Sequence record: SRR20825010_2267
Strand: one strand, 5' to 3'
Length of the DNA stretch: 45,299 bases
The notes under the pieces were generated by a model that was not told the DNA's origin, did no database searches, and saw nothing but the letters and a program-made list of their open reading frames with translations. Below are positions 1 through 9,429 of the stretch, one piece after another. The position numbers were made by a program, and so were the translations under genes. Within the stretch, counting starts at the first letter, position 1; every line of letters begins with the position of its first letter.

Positions 1-1
1 A

Positions 2-751
2 GATACCGGAGCAACTGGTGCGCAAGGTCCAACAGGAGCCACTGGAGCGCAAGGTCCAACAGGAAATACAGGAGCCACTGGAGCCCAGGGTCCAACTGGA
101 GCCCAAGGTCCAACAGGAGCCCAAGGTCCAACAGGAGCACAGGGTCCAGCAGGTCCAGCCGGATCGGATGGTATTGATGGAGCTATAGGTCCACAAGGTC
201 CAACAGGGGCTCAGGGTCCAACAGGCTCAACTGGAGCACAAGGTCCTACTGGAGCAACTGGTCCAGCGGGGGATCCAGCTACAGATGATCAAACATTGAG
301 TATTGCAGGCGATCAATTAAGTATAACTGGCGGTAATACCATTACAGTTCCTACGGCGGATGGAACAGAGACTATTGTAACAGCAGGAAATGATATTAGT
401 GTAAGTGGGAATGGTAGTATTGCTACTCCATATGTAGTTGCTAATACAAGACCTAATATCTTTTATCCTCCTTCCATTGCGGTGGATGCCTCTTCAACAG
501 GCACGGGTAGGACAATTAATCTGCATACTCAATATACGGCTCAGTTTGGATCGCCAATGGTAGCAAGTAATTTAGCCCCAGGGGCCATACCAACCTATGC
601 CAATACTGATCTTTATTACTATGTCACTTTTTATGACAATACAGTGTTTGCCAATGTAAGCGTAGATGAGTTTGGGGTAATGACCTATGATGTTATAGCA
701 ACACCAACAGATTATAATTCGCTTATCAACGTAGTATTTGTAGTAAAATAG
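2..751 (+). CDS. Collagen-like surface protein, C-terminal part (5'-truncated by the window)
   Basis: Frame 2 is open from position 2 ([20 protein letters not shown]...) and runs into the tracked ORF 296..751, so the TTG at 296 is not the true start. It has 30 Gly-X-Y triplets, then a DDQTLSI linker and a globular C-terminal domain ending LINVVFVVK. Confidence 0.9.
   Translation, partial: DTGATGAQGPTGATGAQGPTGNTGATGAQGPTGAQGPTGAQGPTGAQGPAGPAGSDGIDGAIGPQGPTGAQGPTGSTGAQGPTGATGPAGDPATDDQTLSIAGDQLSITGGNTITVPTADGTETIVTAGNDISVSGNGSIATPYVVANTRPNIFYPPSIAVDASSTGTGRTINLHTQYTAQFGSPMVASNLAPGAIPTYANTDLYYYVTFYDNTVFANVSVDEFGVMTYDVIATPTDYNSLINVVFVVK
8..277 (+). repeat. Collagen Gly-X-Y coding repeat, 30 uninterrupted triplets (GPT/GAQ/GAT-rich)
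   Basis: Repeated ggagcNcaaggtccaaca-type units; direct translation gives Gly at every third residue. Confidence 0.95.
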
Positions 752-782
752 TTTATATAAACCAACTAGGTACAACAGGAGT

Positions 783-2807
783 TTGAAACCAAAACACATA
801 TATAGATTTCTTTTTGTCATCCTTGTAACCATATTCTTTGGTGCTAATAGGGCCAATGCGCAGTTTTTGTTGCAGGCACCCAACAGTACCGATGAACATA
901 ATTACAAATGGTATGAGGCTTCCGATACTTCTACAGTTTTGGGTACCGATTTTTTTTACGAGGTAACTTCTTCCGGGATTTATTTTGCAACTTATGACGG
1001 GACTCTATGTGGATCTAATGCTACTGGTTATTTTATAGTAACAGATTGCTCGAGTCCGGATAATGAGGTAACAATGGATATATCCAATAATGTAAGTGCC
1101 AGTGCCACTATAAGTTGGTCTCCGGCCGTTAGCGGGGATCAACTTAGGCCTACGGTTATAGCCACACAGAGTGTAGTGCGCTATACCGCCACCGTGTCCA
1201 AAGCAGGGAACTCCTTTGACTTACCGAATTTTACAGTGGTTTGTTTGCAGCAATCAAGTGTTTTAGTGGATGATTACATCACCGTTAATGAAGATTCATC
1301 TGTGATAGTACCCATTTTTGATAATGATAGCAATTTACCCACTACCGGTATTTTGACCACGTCAAACCCCTTTAACGGGAACGTTCTTATTAATGATAAT
1401 AGCACACCGAATAATCCATCGGATGATATCATAACTTTTGTTCCAAATCCTAATTACAATGGTCCAAGTACCTTTACCTATACCATTTGTAATTCTTTGG
1501 GAGATTGTAGTACAGCTACTGTAGATGTGGACGTACTTCCCATTGTTGATGCTTTTGATGATTCTGTGGCTACCTTGGAAAATATGCCCGTGGATATTGA
1601 TATTTTGGTAAACGACAATGATATCCCTGTCATGGGAACCATAACTACCACAAGTCCATCCAATGGCAACGTAGTAGTTAATAATAATGGTACCCTTAAT
1701 GATCTTAGGGATGATACAGTAACATATACCCCCAACAATGGTTATGTGGGCAGTGATCTTTTTACATACACCATATGCGATGATCAGTCAAACTGTAGTA
1801 CGGCCAACGTCAATATATTGGTTAATCCACTTGGAATTGTGGATATTGACAGTGATGACGATGGAATTTTGGACAGTTTCGAAGATCTTAATTTGGATGG
1901 TGATAATGATCCGTCTACAGATTCAACGGATTCGGATGGTGACGGTATAGCTGATTATCTTGATATTGATAGTGATAATGATGGTATCCCGGATAACGTT
2001 GAAGCACAAACCACCCTGGGTTATATTCCGCCCAGTGGTGTAGACGCCAACAATAATGGTTTGGACGATGCCTATGAAAACAATGGAAATCTTGGCTTGT
2101 TCCCAATAGACACGGACGGCGATAGTTTGCCAGATTACTTGGACGAGGATAGTGATAACGATAATGTTCCGGACAGTATTGAAGGACATGATCATGACCA
2201 CGACGGAATTCCGGATGTAGTTTATATTGGTTCGGATAAGGATAATGATGGTCTGGATGACGGTTATGAAGGTAGTACAACTATAGACACGGATGTTAAT
2301 GATGAAATTAATGATCCTTATAACGATCTACCCAATACCGATGGGGATGATGAAGTAGATTTCAGGGATAACGATGATGACGATGACGGAATACTGACTA
2401 TAGATGAAGACGAGAATGGGGATGGAAATTACGCCAATGACGATTTTGATGGGGATGGAATACCGAATTATCTGGATTCAGATTTAATTGTACTGGACCA
2501 AGGAGTAGAAGTGTTTAATGTGATAACACCAAATAATGATGGTATCCATGATGTCTTGACCATAAGGGGAATTGAAAATTATCCAAACAATACCATCAAA
2601 ATATATAACCGTTGGGGAGTATTGGTTTATGCAACCAAGGCCTATAACAATGATTCCAACTATTTCGACGGTACTTCTGAAGGCAGGGTAACTGTTGCAA
2701 AAGATAATCAATTGCCGGTAGGAACTTATTTCTATATATTGGATTATACCCCATCCGTCGGAGGAAAGATGACGACCCTTACTGGATACATATACATAAA
2801 CAGATAA
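783..2807 (+). CDS. T9SS substrate with type-B CTD (gliding motility-associated C-terminal domain), two Ig-like repeats and TSP3-like Ca-binding repeats
   Basis: Signal peptide ending ANA-Q; two ~95 aa Ig-like repeats (DD...ND...F.YTIC....CSTA.V); many DxDxDGxxD motifs; C-terminal [12 protein letters not shown]...IYNRWG...GTYFY...GYIYINR typical of type-B CTDs. Confidence 0.9.
   Translation: MKPKHIYRFLFVILVTIFFGANRANAQFLLQAPNSTDEHNYKWYEASDTSTVLGTDFFYEVTSSGIYFATYDGTLCGSNATGYFIVTDCSSPDNEVTMDISNNVSASATISWSPAVSGDQLRPTVIATQSVVRYTATVSKAGNSFDLPNFTVVCLQQSSVLVDDYITVNEDSSVIVPIFDNDSNLPTTGILTTSNPFNGNVLINDNSTPNNPSDDIITFVPNPNYNGPSTFTYTICNSLGDCSTATVDVDVLPIVDAFDDSVATLENMPVDIDILVNDNDIPVMGTITTTSPSNGNVVVNNNGTLNDLRDDTVTYTPNNGYVGSDLFTYTICDDQSNCSTANVNILVNPLGIVDIDSDDDGILDSFEDLNLDGDNDPSTDSTDSDGDGIADYLDIDSDNDGIPDNVEAQTTLGYIPPSGVDANNNGLDDAYENNGNLGLFPIDTDGDSLPDYLDEDSDNDNVPDSIEGHDHDHDGIPDVVYIGSDKDNDGLDDGYEGSTTIDTDVNDEINDPYNDLPNTDGDDEVDFRDNDDDDDGILTIDEDENGDGNYANDDFDGDGIPNYLDSDLIVLDQGVEVFNVITPNNDGIHDVLTIRGIENYPNNTIKIYNRWGVLVYATKAYNNDSNYFDGTSEGRVTVAKDNQLPVGTYFYILDYTPSVGGKMTTLTGYIYINR
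1842..2483 (+). repeat. Asp-rich thrombospondin type-3-like calcium-binding repeats (about 13 motifs)
   Basis: Motifs include [51 protein letters not shown] and [12 protein letters not shown]. Confidence 0.8.
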
Positions 2808-3779
2808 ATGATGCCCAATCTTATAAAAAATATACTAGATTCCAATCAGCTGTTGTTGTGCCTGTTTGCTGTAGCCATGTTGGTCAGTAACACGGTACAG
2901 TCCCAACAGGATGCGCAATATACCCAATATATGTACAATACGGTAAGTGTAAACCCTGCCTATGCCGGTTCCCGGGGCCATATCAGTATTGCAGCATTAC
3001 ATAGGTCCCAATGGGTAGGTTTGGATGGTGCCCCAACTACCCAGACTTTAAATTTACATTCCCCTATAGGGTATAGGGGAGTAGGTTTGGGTATTTCTAT
3101 TGTGAACGATAAAATTGGTCCCACTTCCGAAACTTATTTTGACGGAGATTTTTCATACACCATTTATACTTCCCAAGAAGGTAGATTAAGTTTTGGCCTA
3201 AAGGCCAGTGCACATATGCTGGATATACGTTTCTCCGAGTTAAATCAGGATTATACAAACCCAGGTGGACCTGACCCCACTTTGCAACAGGATGTAGATA
3301 ATAAATTCTCCCCCAATATCGGAGCTGGTGTATACTATCATACCGAGAAGTTTTATGCGGGCTTGTCGGTGCCTCGATTTTTACAGACCACACATTTTGA
3401 TGGCGAAGCTTTGTCTACAGCAAAGGAACAGATGAATTTGTATCTGATAACAGGATATGTGTTCGATCTGAATACCAATTTAAAATTTAAACCTGCCCTT
3501 TTAACCAAAATAGTACAAGGTGCTCCTGTGCAAGTGGACGTTTCTGCCAATTTTATGCTCAATGACAAATTCATAGTTGGAGCAGCATATCGCTGGGATG
3601 CGGCATTAAGTGCCATGGTAGGTTTCAATATCTCCAATAAATTCCTTATCGGAATGGCTTATGACAAAGAAACTACAGAGTTGGGACAAGCAACCTTTAA
3701 TGATGGATCCTTTGAGATTATTTTACGCTACGACTTTATCAAGGAGCTGGGCAATTTAAAATCGCCAAGATTTTTCTAA
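2808..3779 (+). CDS. Type IX secretion system membrane protein, PorP/SprF family
   Basis: QQDAQYTQYMYN..NPAYAGS N-terminus, RSQWVG..GAP, beta-barrel pattern, C-terminal SPRFF; abuts the type-B CTD gene. Confidence 0.92.
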   Translation: MMPNLIKNILDSNQLLLCLFAVAMLVSNTVQSQQDAQYTQYMYNTVSVNPAYAGSRGHISIAALHRSQWVGLDGAPTTQTLNLHSPIGYRGVGLGISIVNDKIGPTSETYFDGDFSYTIYTSQEGRLSFGLKASAHMLDIRFSELNQDYTNPGGPDPTLQQDVDNKFSPNIGAGVYYHTEKFYAGLSVPRFLQTTHFDGEALSTAKEQMNLYLITGYVFDLNTNLKFKPALLTKIVQGAPVQVDVSANFMLNDKFIVGAAYRWDAALSAMVGFNISNKFLIGMAYDKETTELGQATFNDGSFEIILRYDFIKELGNLKSPRFF

Positions 3780-4045
3780 AAATCCACCGGGGATTCTATT
3801 AAAAGAATTTTTTTCTACAATTTTACTCGAAAATGGCCTTGGGTAACATAGATAGACCATCCATTTTATTCCCCTATCGTTGGGTTGGCTTCCTAGAAGG
3901 CTATTCAATGTTGTGATGAGTATTTTTTTCCTTGGCCCATTTGGTCAATTTTTTTTAATGGGAATGAAGGAAAACCTTCCGAAAGTATTTAATTTTTATG
4001 ACGCACTTAACCCTTATTTTTAGGGAAAGGTTTTATTTTTACAAA

Positions 4046-4579
4046 ATGGAAGAGGAAAACGTTATTCTTGTTAATGAATCTGATGTTCAAATTGGTCTGA
4101 TGCCCAAAATGGAAGCCCATGAAAAGGCTTTGCTCCATAGGGCATTTTCTGTTTTTATAATGAATGATAAGGGAGAAACAATGATTCAGCAAAGAGCAGG
4201 TCATAAGTATCATTCCCCCCTTTTGTGGACAAATACCTGTTGTAGCCATCAGAGGGAGGGGGAATCCAATATTCAGGCAGGGAAAAGAAGATTGAAAGAA
4301 GAAATGGGATTTGAGACCGAACTGAAGGAGTTGTTTTCCTTTATTTATAAGGCTCCCTTTGATAACGGTCTTACAGAACATGAATTTGATCATGTAATGA
4401 TAGGGCACTACAATGGGGAACCAAATATAAACCCGGATGAGGTGGCGTCATGGAAATGGATGAAACCTGTAGACATTAGGCAGGATATGCTTACCTATCC
4501 TGAGAAATATACAGCTTGGTTCAAAATTATTTTCGATAGGTTTTACAATCATATTTCACAATACAATACAGCTATATGA
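4046..4579 (+). CDS. idi: Isopentenyl-diphosphate delta-isomerase type 1
   Basis: KMEAH..LHRAFSVF, WTNTCCSH and EHEFDH motifs. The likely start is the ATG at 4046 (MEEENVILV) rather than 3998. Confidence 0.93.
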   Translation: MEEENVILVNESDVQIGLMPKMEAHEKALLHRAFSVFIMNDKGETMIQQRAGHKYHSPLLWTNTCCSHQREGESNIQAGKRRLKEEMGFETELKELFSFIYKAPFDNGLTEHEFDHVMIGHYNGEPNINPDEVASWKWMKPVDIRQDMLTYPEKYTAWFKIIFDRFYNHISQYNTAI

Positions 4580-4983
4580 AAGTTAAGGTAAGTAGAAAAG
4601 CTCATTTTAATGCTGCTCACAGGTTGTATAGACCAGACTGGAGTTTTGAAAAAAATGATAATGTTTTTGGGTTATGCAATAACCCAAATTTTCATGGCCA
4701 TAATTATGAGCTGATAGTAAGCGTTACCGGAGAAATAGATGAGGAAACTGGCTTTGTCATAGATATGAAAGTCCTAAAGGATCTTATAAGGGAAAAAATT
4801 GAAAAGCAACTGGACCATAAAAACCTCAATGTGGAGGTGGAATGGTTTAAGACCGTGAATCCCACTGCAGAAAATATAGTGGTTTATATTTGGAACCAGC
4901 TTAGGCCCTTTATTAAGGCTTCAAACAAGTTGGAGGTTGTACTATACGAAACGCCAAGAAATTATGTAACCTTTTCAGGATAG
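4576..4983 (+). CDS. 6-pyruvoyl-tetrahydropterin synthase / QueD family protein (Cx5HGH type)
   Basis: FNAAHRL, CNNPNFHGHNY, LDHKNLN, PTAEN and ETP motifs; ATGA overlap with idi. Confidence 0.9.
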   Translation: MKVKVSRKAHFNAAHRLYRPDWSFEKNDNVFGLCNNPNFHGHNYELIVSVTGEIDEETGFVIDMKVLKDLIREKIEKQLDHKNLNVEVEWFKTVNPTAENIVVYIWNQLRPFIKASNKLEVVLYETPRNYVTFSG

Positions 4984-5089
4984 CATAGAACTATAATTAT
5001 CAAACTCAACTGGAAAAAATTACGAAACTTCCTTCCAAACAGATTAATCAAATTAACAAATAGAATACAAATACCTAATACCAAACAGC

Positions 5090-6058
5090 ATGAAATTATA
5101 TCCTTTAAAATTCAACCCTATTCTTAAAGAGCGACTTTGGGGCGGTACCAAGTTAAAAGATGTTTTGGGAAAACCAATAGAAAATGACATTACAGGTGAA
5201 AGTTGGGAGCTTTCTACAGTGGAAGGAGATGTGTCCATAGTAGCGAACGGTGAATTTTCTGGTAATTCCTTGCAGGATTTGATCAACAACTACCCTGAGG
5301 AATTATTGGGAAAAAGCGTTTATGCCCGATTTGGTAAGGAATTTCCTATTCTTATAAAGTTTATAGATGCCAAACAGGATTTGTCCATCCAACTGCATCC
5401 CAATGATGAATTGGCCAAAAAACGCCACAATTCTTTCGGAAAAACGGAGATGTGGTATATTATGGACGCGGATAAAGGAGCGGAGTTAATAGTGGGTTTT
5501 AACAAAGATGTAACCAAGGATGAATATGCCAAGAGCATTGAGGAGGATACACTATTGGACCTTTTGAACTACGAAAGTGTAAAGGAAGGGGATACTTTTT
5601 TTATAAACACTGGTAAGATGCATGCAATCGGTGCTGGAGTTTTGCTGGCAGAGATTCAGCAGACTTCCGATATTACCTATCGTGTCTTCGATTTTAATAG
5701 GAGGGACAAGAATGGCAATCTAAGGGAACTACACACCGAATTGGCCCTGGACGCCATAGATTACACTAAGAAAGATGATTTTAAGGTAAAATATTCGGAT
5801 AAAAAGGATAGTGTGAATAATATGGTATCCTGTCCATATTTTAATACGAATATATTAGAGCTGACCAGGGATTTGGAATTGGATGTTGAAAAAAGGGATT
5901 CCTTTACCATCTACATGTGCGTAGGGGGCAAGGCGACAATTTCAAACGAATTTGGCTCCGTATCCATAAAGAAAGGGGAGACCACTTTAGTGCCGGCACA
6001 GTCCAAAAAAATAAATATAATAACAACGAGTGCAAAACTTTTGGAGGTTACTATCTGA
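5090..6058 (+). CDS. manA: Mannose-6-phosphate isomerase, type I
   Basis: WGG, GESWE, FPILIKFIDA, LSIQLHP, KTEMW and EIQQTSDITYR motifs. Confidence 0.92.
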   Translation: MKLYPLKFNPILKERLWGGTKLKDVLGKPIENDITGESWELSTVEGDVSIVANGEFSGNSLQDLINNYPEELLGKSVYARFGKEFPILIKFIDAKQDLSIQLHPNDELAKKRHNSFGKTEMWYIMDADKGAELIVGFNKDVTKDEYAKSIEEDTLLDLLNYESVKEGDTFFINTGKMHAIGAGVLLAEIQQTSDITYRVFDFNRRDKNGNLRELHTELALDAIDYTKKDDFKVKYSDKKDSVNNMVSCPYFNTNILELTRDLELDVEKRDSFTIYMCVGGKATISNEFGSVSIKKGETTLVPAQSKKINIITTSAKLLEVTI

Positions 6059-6073
6059 AAATGATTACTTTTG
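6040..6073 (+). promoter_or_regulatory. Bacteroidota primary-sigma promoter (-33 TTTG / -7 TACTTTTG)
   Basis: TTTG at 6040-6043 and TACTTTTG at 6066-6073, upstream of the ATG at 6090. Confidence 0.55.
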
Positions 6074-6089
6074 CAAAAAAAATTTACCA

Positions 6090-6359
6090 ATGGCAAGTAT
6101 AAAAGATTTAAAGAAAGACATTAATTACGTTTTAGGAGATATTATTGAAGCGGTGTATTTAGTGGAAGCTTCGGGAAATAAGCAAAATTCAAAAGAAGGT
6201 AATGCAATAATAGATAATGCAATAGAAGTCTTTGACGAGTTGATCGCGAAAGTAAACCAGAAGTCAGTGGAGAACAGACCGGCCCATTTAAAATCCGTTA
6301 AAGCGGAATTGGAAACCAAAGCAGGTTCTTTAATTGAACAACTTAATAAATTAGGGTAG
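6090..6359 (+). CDS. Small helical hypothetical protein (89 aa)
   Basis: The ATG at 6090 (MASIKDLKKDINYV) lies between a -7 box and a terminator; this resembles a conserved Bacteroidota hypothetical protein. Confidence 0.75.
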   Translation: MASIKDLKKDINYVLGDIIEAVYLVEASGNKQNSKEGNAIIDNAIEVFDELIAKVNQKSVENRPAHLKSVKAELETKAGSLIEQLNKLG

Positions 6360-6380
6360 TATTTCCCTAATTAGGTATTT

Positions 6381-6415
6381 AAAAAAAGCATCCATTTACT
6401 GGATGCTTTTTTTTT
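6381..6415. terminator. Bidirectional intrinsic terminator
   Basis: aaaaaaagcatcca-tttac-tggatgcttttttttt between convergent genes. Confidence 0.85.
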
Positions 6416-7130
6416 ATTGTTGAGTTTCTTTCTTGAGGTTTTCAATATATTCTTTTAATTCCTTGCCGTATTTGGAATTGGCTACATCAACAGAGAGCGT
6501 ATTGTTTATGGAATCCAAATATTTAAGGTTGGCATCTGCAACTTCCTTCACGGCAATGTAGGGTGCTACATAGGAATCTGCATTGTTCAACGCAAAATTA
6601 ATGGCATAAAGGTATCCTCTCTTGACATTTTTGTTGGACAAATTTTGAAGGGAATCAAAAGCTGTGGAGTCACCTAGGGTTTTGGGATCCATACTCAATC
6701 TTGCGTATTCCAAATCCTTAGTGTTGAACTTGGACATTACTTCCAGATATTCCTTTAGTTTGTCATTACTTTTAGATCCCTCAATTTTTGCATTCAGGTC
6801 AAAGGTATTCCAATTGGTGTTAATGGTAATATTTCCGGGTTCTGCAAAGAAGGTGATTCTGTCATTTATGCTATTGTTGTCCTTTTTATCCAAATATAGG
6901 TAGAACAACTCAGGGCTTTCCAATTCTGTGGTAAAGGAAAAATTACCATCCCCATCCACTACAAGCGAATCAACTGTGACCAAGGTAGTGTCCGCAATGT
7001 GTTGCAGATATAGGGTCCCCTTTTTCAACCCCTTTACATTTCCGGTAACGGTCATCGTATTTTCAGTGCTACTGTCCCCGCAAGAGGTGATAATTATTGT
7101 CAGTAACGCGACCATTATAATTTTCTTCAT
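6414..7130 (-). CDS. DUF4369-type lipoprotein
   Basis: Lipobox ITSC; VTGNVKGLKKGTLYL and FFAEPG.ITI motifs. The likely start is MKKII at 7130. Confidence 0.7.
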   Translation of the reverse strand: MKKIIMVALLTIIITSCGDSSTENTMTVTGNVKGLKKGTLYLQHIADTTLVTVDSLVVDGDGNFSFTTELESPELFYLYLDKKDNNSINDRITFFAEPGNITINTNWNTFDLNAKIEGSKSNDKLKEYLEVMSKFNTKDLEYARLSMDPKTLGDSTAFDSLQNLSNKNVKRGYLYAINFALNNADSYVAPYIAVKEVADANLKYLDSINNTLSVDVANSKYGKELKEYIENLKKETQQ

Positions 7131-7174
7131 ATTATTTTTTTTGAAGCGCAAATATCATTAAAGTTTATGGAATT

Positions 7175-8437
7175 TTAAACTTTTGATGCAATTTCCATTA
7201 GAATTGTACAAAGTATGGCACCGCCGGTGCCTACCACATAGCCAAAAACTGCCAGTAAAACACCCACTGAGGTCAATGACGGGTGAAATTCCGCAGCTAC
7301 TACCGGGGCAGAGGCCGCGCCTCCTACGTTGGCCTGACTACCCACTGCAAGAAAGAAATAGGGAGCCTTGATCAATTTGGCAACAACGATCAGCAAAACA
7401 GCGTGAATCGTGATCCATACAAAACCTATTGCAATTAGGCCCGGATTTTCAAAGACCTTTCCCAAATCCATCTTCATGCCAATGGTGGCCACCAGGATGT
7501 AGATAAATACACTGCCCAATTTACTGGCACCGGCACCTTCATAGTTTTTGGCTTTGGTAAAGGAGAGTACTATCCCCACTAGGGTTGCCAAAACGACCAT
7601 CCAAAAGAAACTGGAACCTAAAAACGATAAAAAACTTTTATTATCGCTTACGCTTTCATAAGTATTGGTCAAAAATGAACTGATAAAATCCCCAAAGAAA
7701 TGTGAAATACCAACCCCGGTAAAGGCAAAGAACAGCATCATCATATAATCCTTTAATGTGGGGACCCTGGTTATTTTCTCCGTGAATTTTGAAACTTTAA
7801 TCCTTAATTCTTCAATAGCTGAGGTATCAGCCTTAAGCCAACGGTCTATTTTTTTGGTTTTTCCAACGCCCAACAGAATAATAGCCATCCAAACGTTGGC
7901 AACCACTATATCAACCAAAACCATTCCCCCATATTTGTCCGGATTGTACTGATAAATTTCGAGCATTGCAGCTTGGTTGGCTCCCCCACCTATCCAACTA
8001 CCGGCAATAGTGGCCAAACCTCTCCAAATGGCATCAAAATCGTTCCCACCAACGGTTTCGGGAGAGAATATGGAAATTATTAAAATAGCCAATGGCCCGC
8101 CAATTATTATCCCAAACGAACCGGTCAGGAACATGATCAACGCCTTAGATCCCAAATTGGCTATGGCTTTAAGATCAATACTTAAGGTCATTAAAATTAA
8201 GGCCGCCGGCAGTAAATATCTACTGGCCATAAAATAAAGACTGGAGGTCTCGTCCGATATTAAACCACTACTGGCCAATATGGAGGGCAGTACATAGCAC
8301 ATTAGAACGGCGGGTACTATATTGTAGAATTTACTCCAAAAACCTGTTTTTATGGAAGAGGTGTAAAATATAAATCCCAAACAAAGGGTGAGTAGTCCAA
8401 ATACAACGGTATCATTGGTAATAATCGGTTCGTTCAT
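7175..8437 (-). CDS. DUF819 family multi-pass membrane protein
   Basis: About 12 hydrophobic segments; GSWIGGGAN and GSQANVGGAASAP motifs. Confidence 0.8.
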   Translation of the reverse strand: MNEPIITNDTVVFGLLTLCLGFIFYTSSIKTGFWSKFYNIVPAVLMCYVLPSILASSGLISDETSSLYFMASRYLLPAALILMTLSIDLKAIANLGSKALIMFLTGSFGIIIGGPLAILIISIFSPETVGGNDFDAIWRGLATIAGSWIGGGANQAAMLEIYQYNPDKYGGMVLVDIVVANVWMAIILLGVGKTKKIDRWLKADTSAIEELRIKVSKFTEKITRVPTLKDYMMMLFFAFTGVGISHFFGDFISSFLTNTYESVSDNKSFLSFLGSSFFWMVVLATLVGIVLSFTKAKNYEGAGASKLGSVFIYILVATIGMKMDLGKVFENPGLIAIGFVWITIHAVLLIVVAKLIKAPYFFLAVGSQANVGGAASAPVVAAEFHPSLTSVGVLLAVFGYVVGTGGAILCTILMEIASKV

Positions 8438-8472
8438 ATAAAAATCGGTTCAATTGGGCTATACATTTGCGC

Positions 8473-8480
8473 CAAATATA
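8473..8480 (-). promoter_or_regulatory. -7 promoter box TATATTTG
   Basis: caaatata on the + strand, about 35 nt upstream of the DUF819 start. Confidence 0.5.
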
Positions 8481-8481
8481 A

Positions 8482-9285
8482 TCAAATTAAAATATGCTGT
8501 TTTATATAATGGGCCACCCCGTCCTCGGAGTTTTTAAGTGCTAGGGCGCTGGCAATATTTTTTACTTCTTCACGGGCATTTGCCACTGCTATTCCACGAC
8601 CCACATTTTGAAGCATTTCAATATCATTGTAATTGTCACCAAAGGCAATAACGTCGTTTAAACTTTCATGCGCTTCCAGCAGCAGTTTAATAGCGGTCAA
8701 TTTGGAAACCGATTTTGGGGCAATTTCGATCAAGGTGTCGTTGGAACGGTACAGGTTCAGGGTCTGGCTGAAATTCTTCTGAAGTATCGGGAAGAGCTCG
8801 TCGGTATTCTCTTTGTTTCCCATCAGCATTATCTTGTGGGCTCCCATTTTTCTATCCCTCCAGTCCTCAATGGTTGCTTGGGTGTCCCTAAACGTGGGAA
8901 GGGTTTTGGTATATTTTATTTCTTTTTGTACCCGCTCCGAGTCCATTTCTACATACCATTCACTTTTGGAATATAGGCCCAGCTGAATTCCGACCTTGTT
9001 GGCCATGTCATATATGGAGGCTATTTCGTCTATATGGACGTAGGTGGAGAACAATTCTCTTGAACCGTGTAGCACCAACGCCCCATTGTAACATATAATG
9101 GGTTCGTTTTCTATGCCTAGGTTTTTTTGAATATAGGTCATGGACTGCGGCATTCTGGCCGAAACCAAAATTATCCTAAGATGGTCCTTTATTCTTTTTA
9201 TTTCCGAAATTGTAAAATCGGAGACATTGTCTTTAAATGTCAATAAAGTGCCGTCCAAATCGGAACATAAAATTTTGAAATCCAT
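8482..9285 (-). CDS. Cof-type HAD-IIB family hydrolase
   Basis: DLDGTLL, ICYNGA, SK, FGDNYND.EML and DGVA motifs. Confidence 0.9.
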   Translation of the reverse strand: MDFKILCSDLDGTLLTFKDNVSDFTISEIKRIKDHLRIILVSARMPQSMTYIQKNLGIENEPIICYNGALVLHGSRELFSTYVHIDEIASIYDMANKVGIQLGLYSKSEWYVEMDSERVQKEIKYTKTLPTFRDTQATIEDWRDRKMGAHKIMLMGNKENTDELFPILQKNFSQTLNLYRSNDTLIEIAPKSVSKLTAIKLLLEAHESLNDVIAFGDNYNDIEMLQNVGRGIAVANAREEVKNIASALALKNSEDGVAHYIKQHILI

Positions 9286-9429
9286 AATGGGATATTGGGA
9301 ATTTGTAGTTTAATAAACTTTTGGTGTTCAAAGATAAAATTTAGCCATAAAAAACGCCATGGATTTTTGGAAATAGTATAACAAACATTGATATCCTTAA
9401 AAATCTCGCGATTGATTTGCGTAATTTCG

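Noticed and set aside
8..277. Tandem DNA repeats resembling an array
   Set aside because: They have 9/18-nt periodicity, no unique spacers and encode Gly-X-Y. This is a collagen coding repeat, not CRISPR.
3780..4045. Gap after PorP/SprF where an OmpA/PorE-like gene often follows
   Set aside because: No ORF remnant or convincing RNA structure is visible, and absence alone is not informative.
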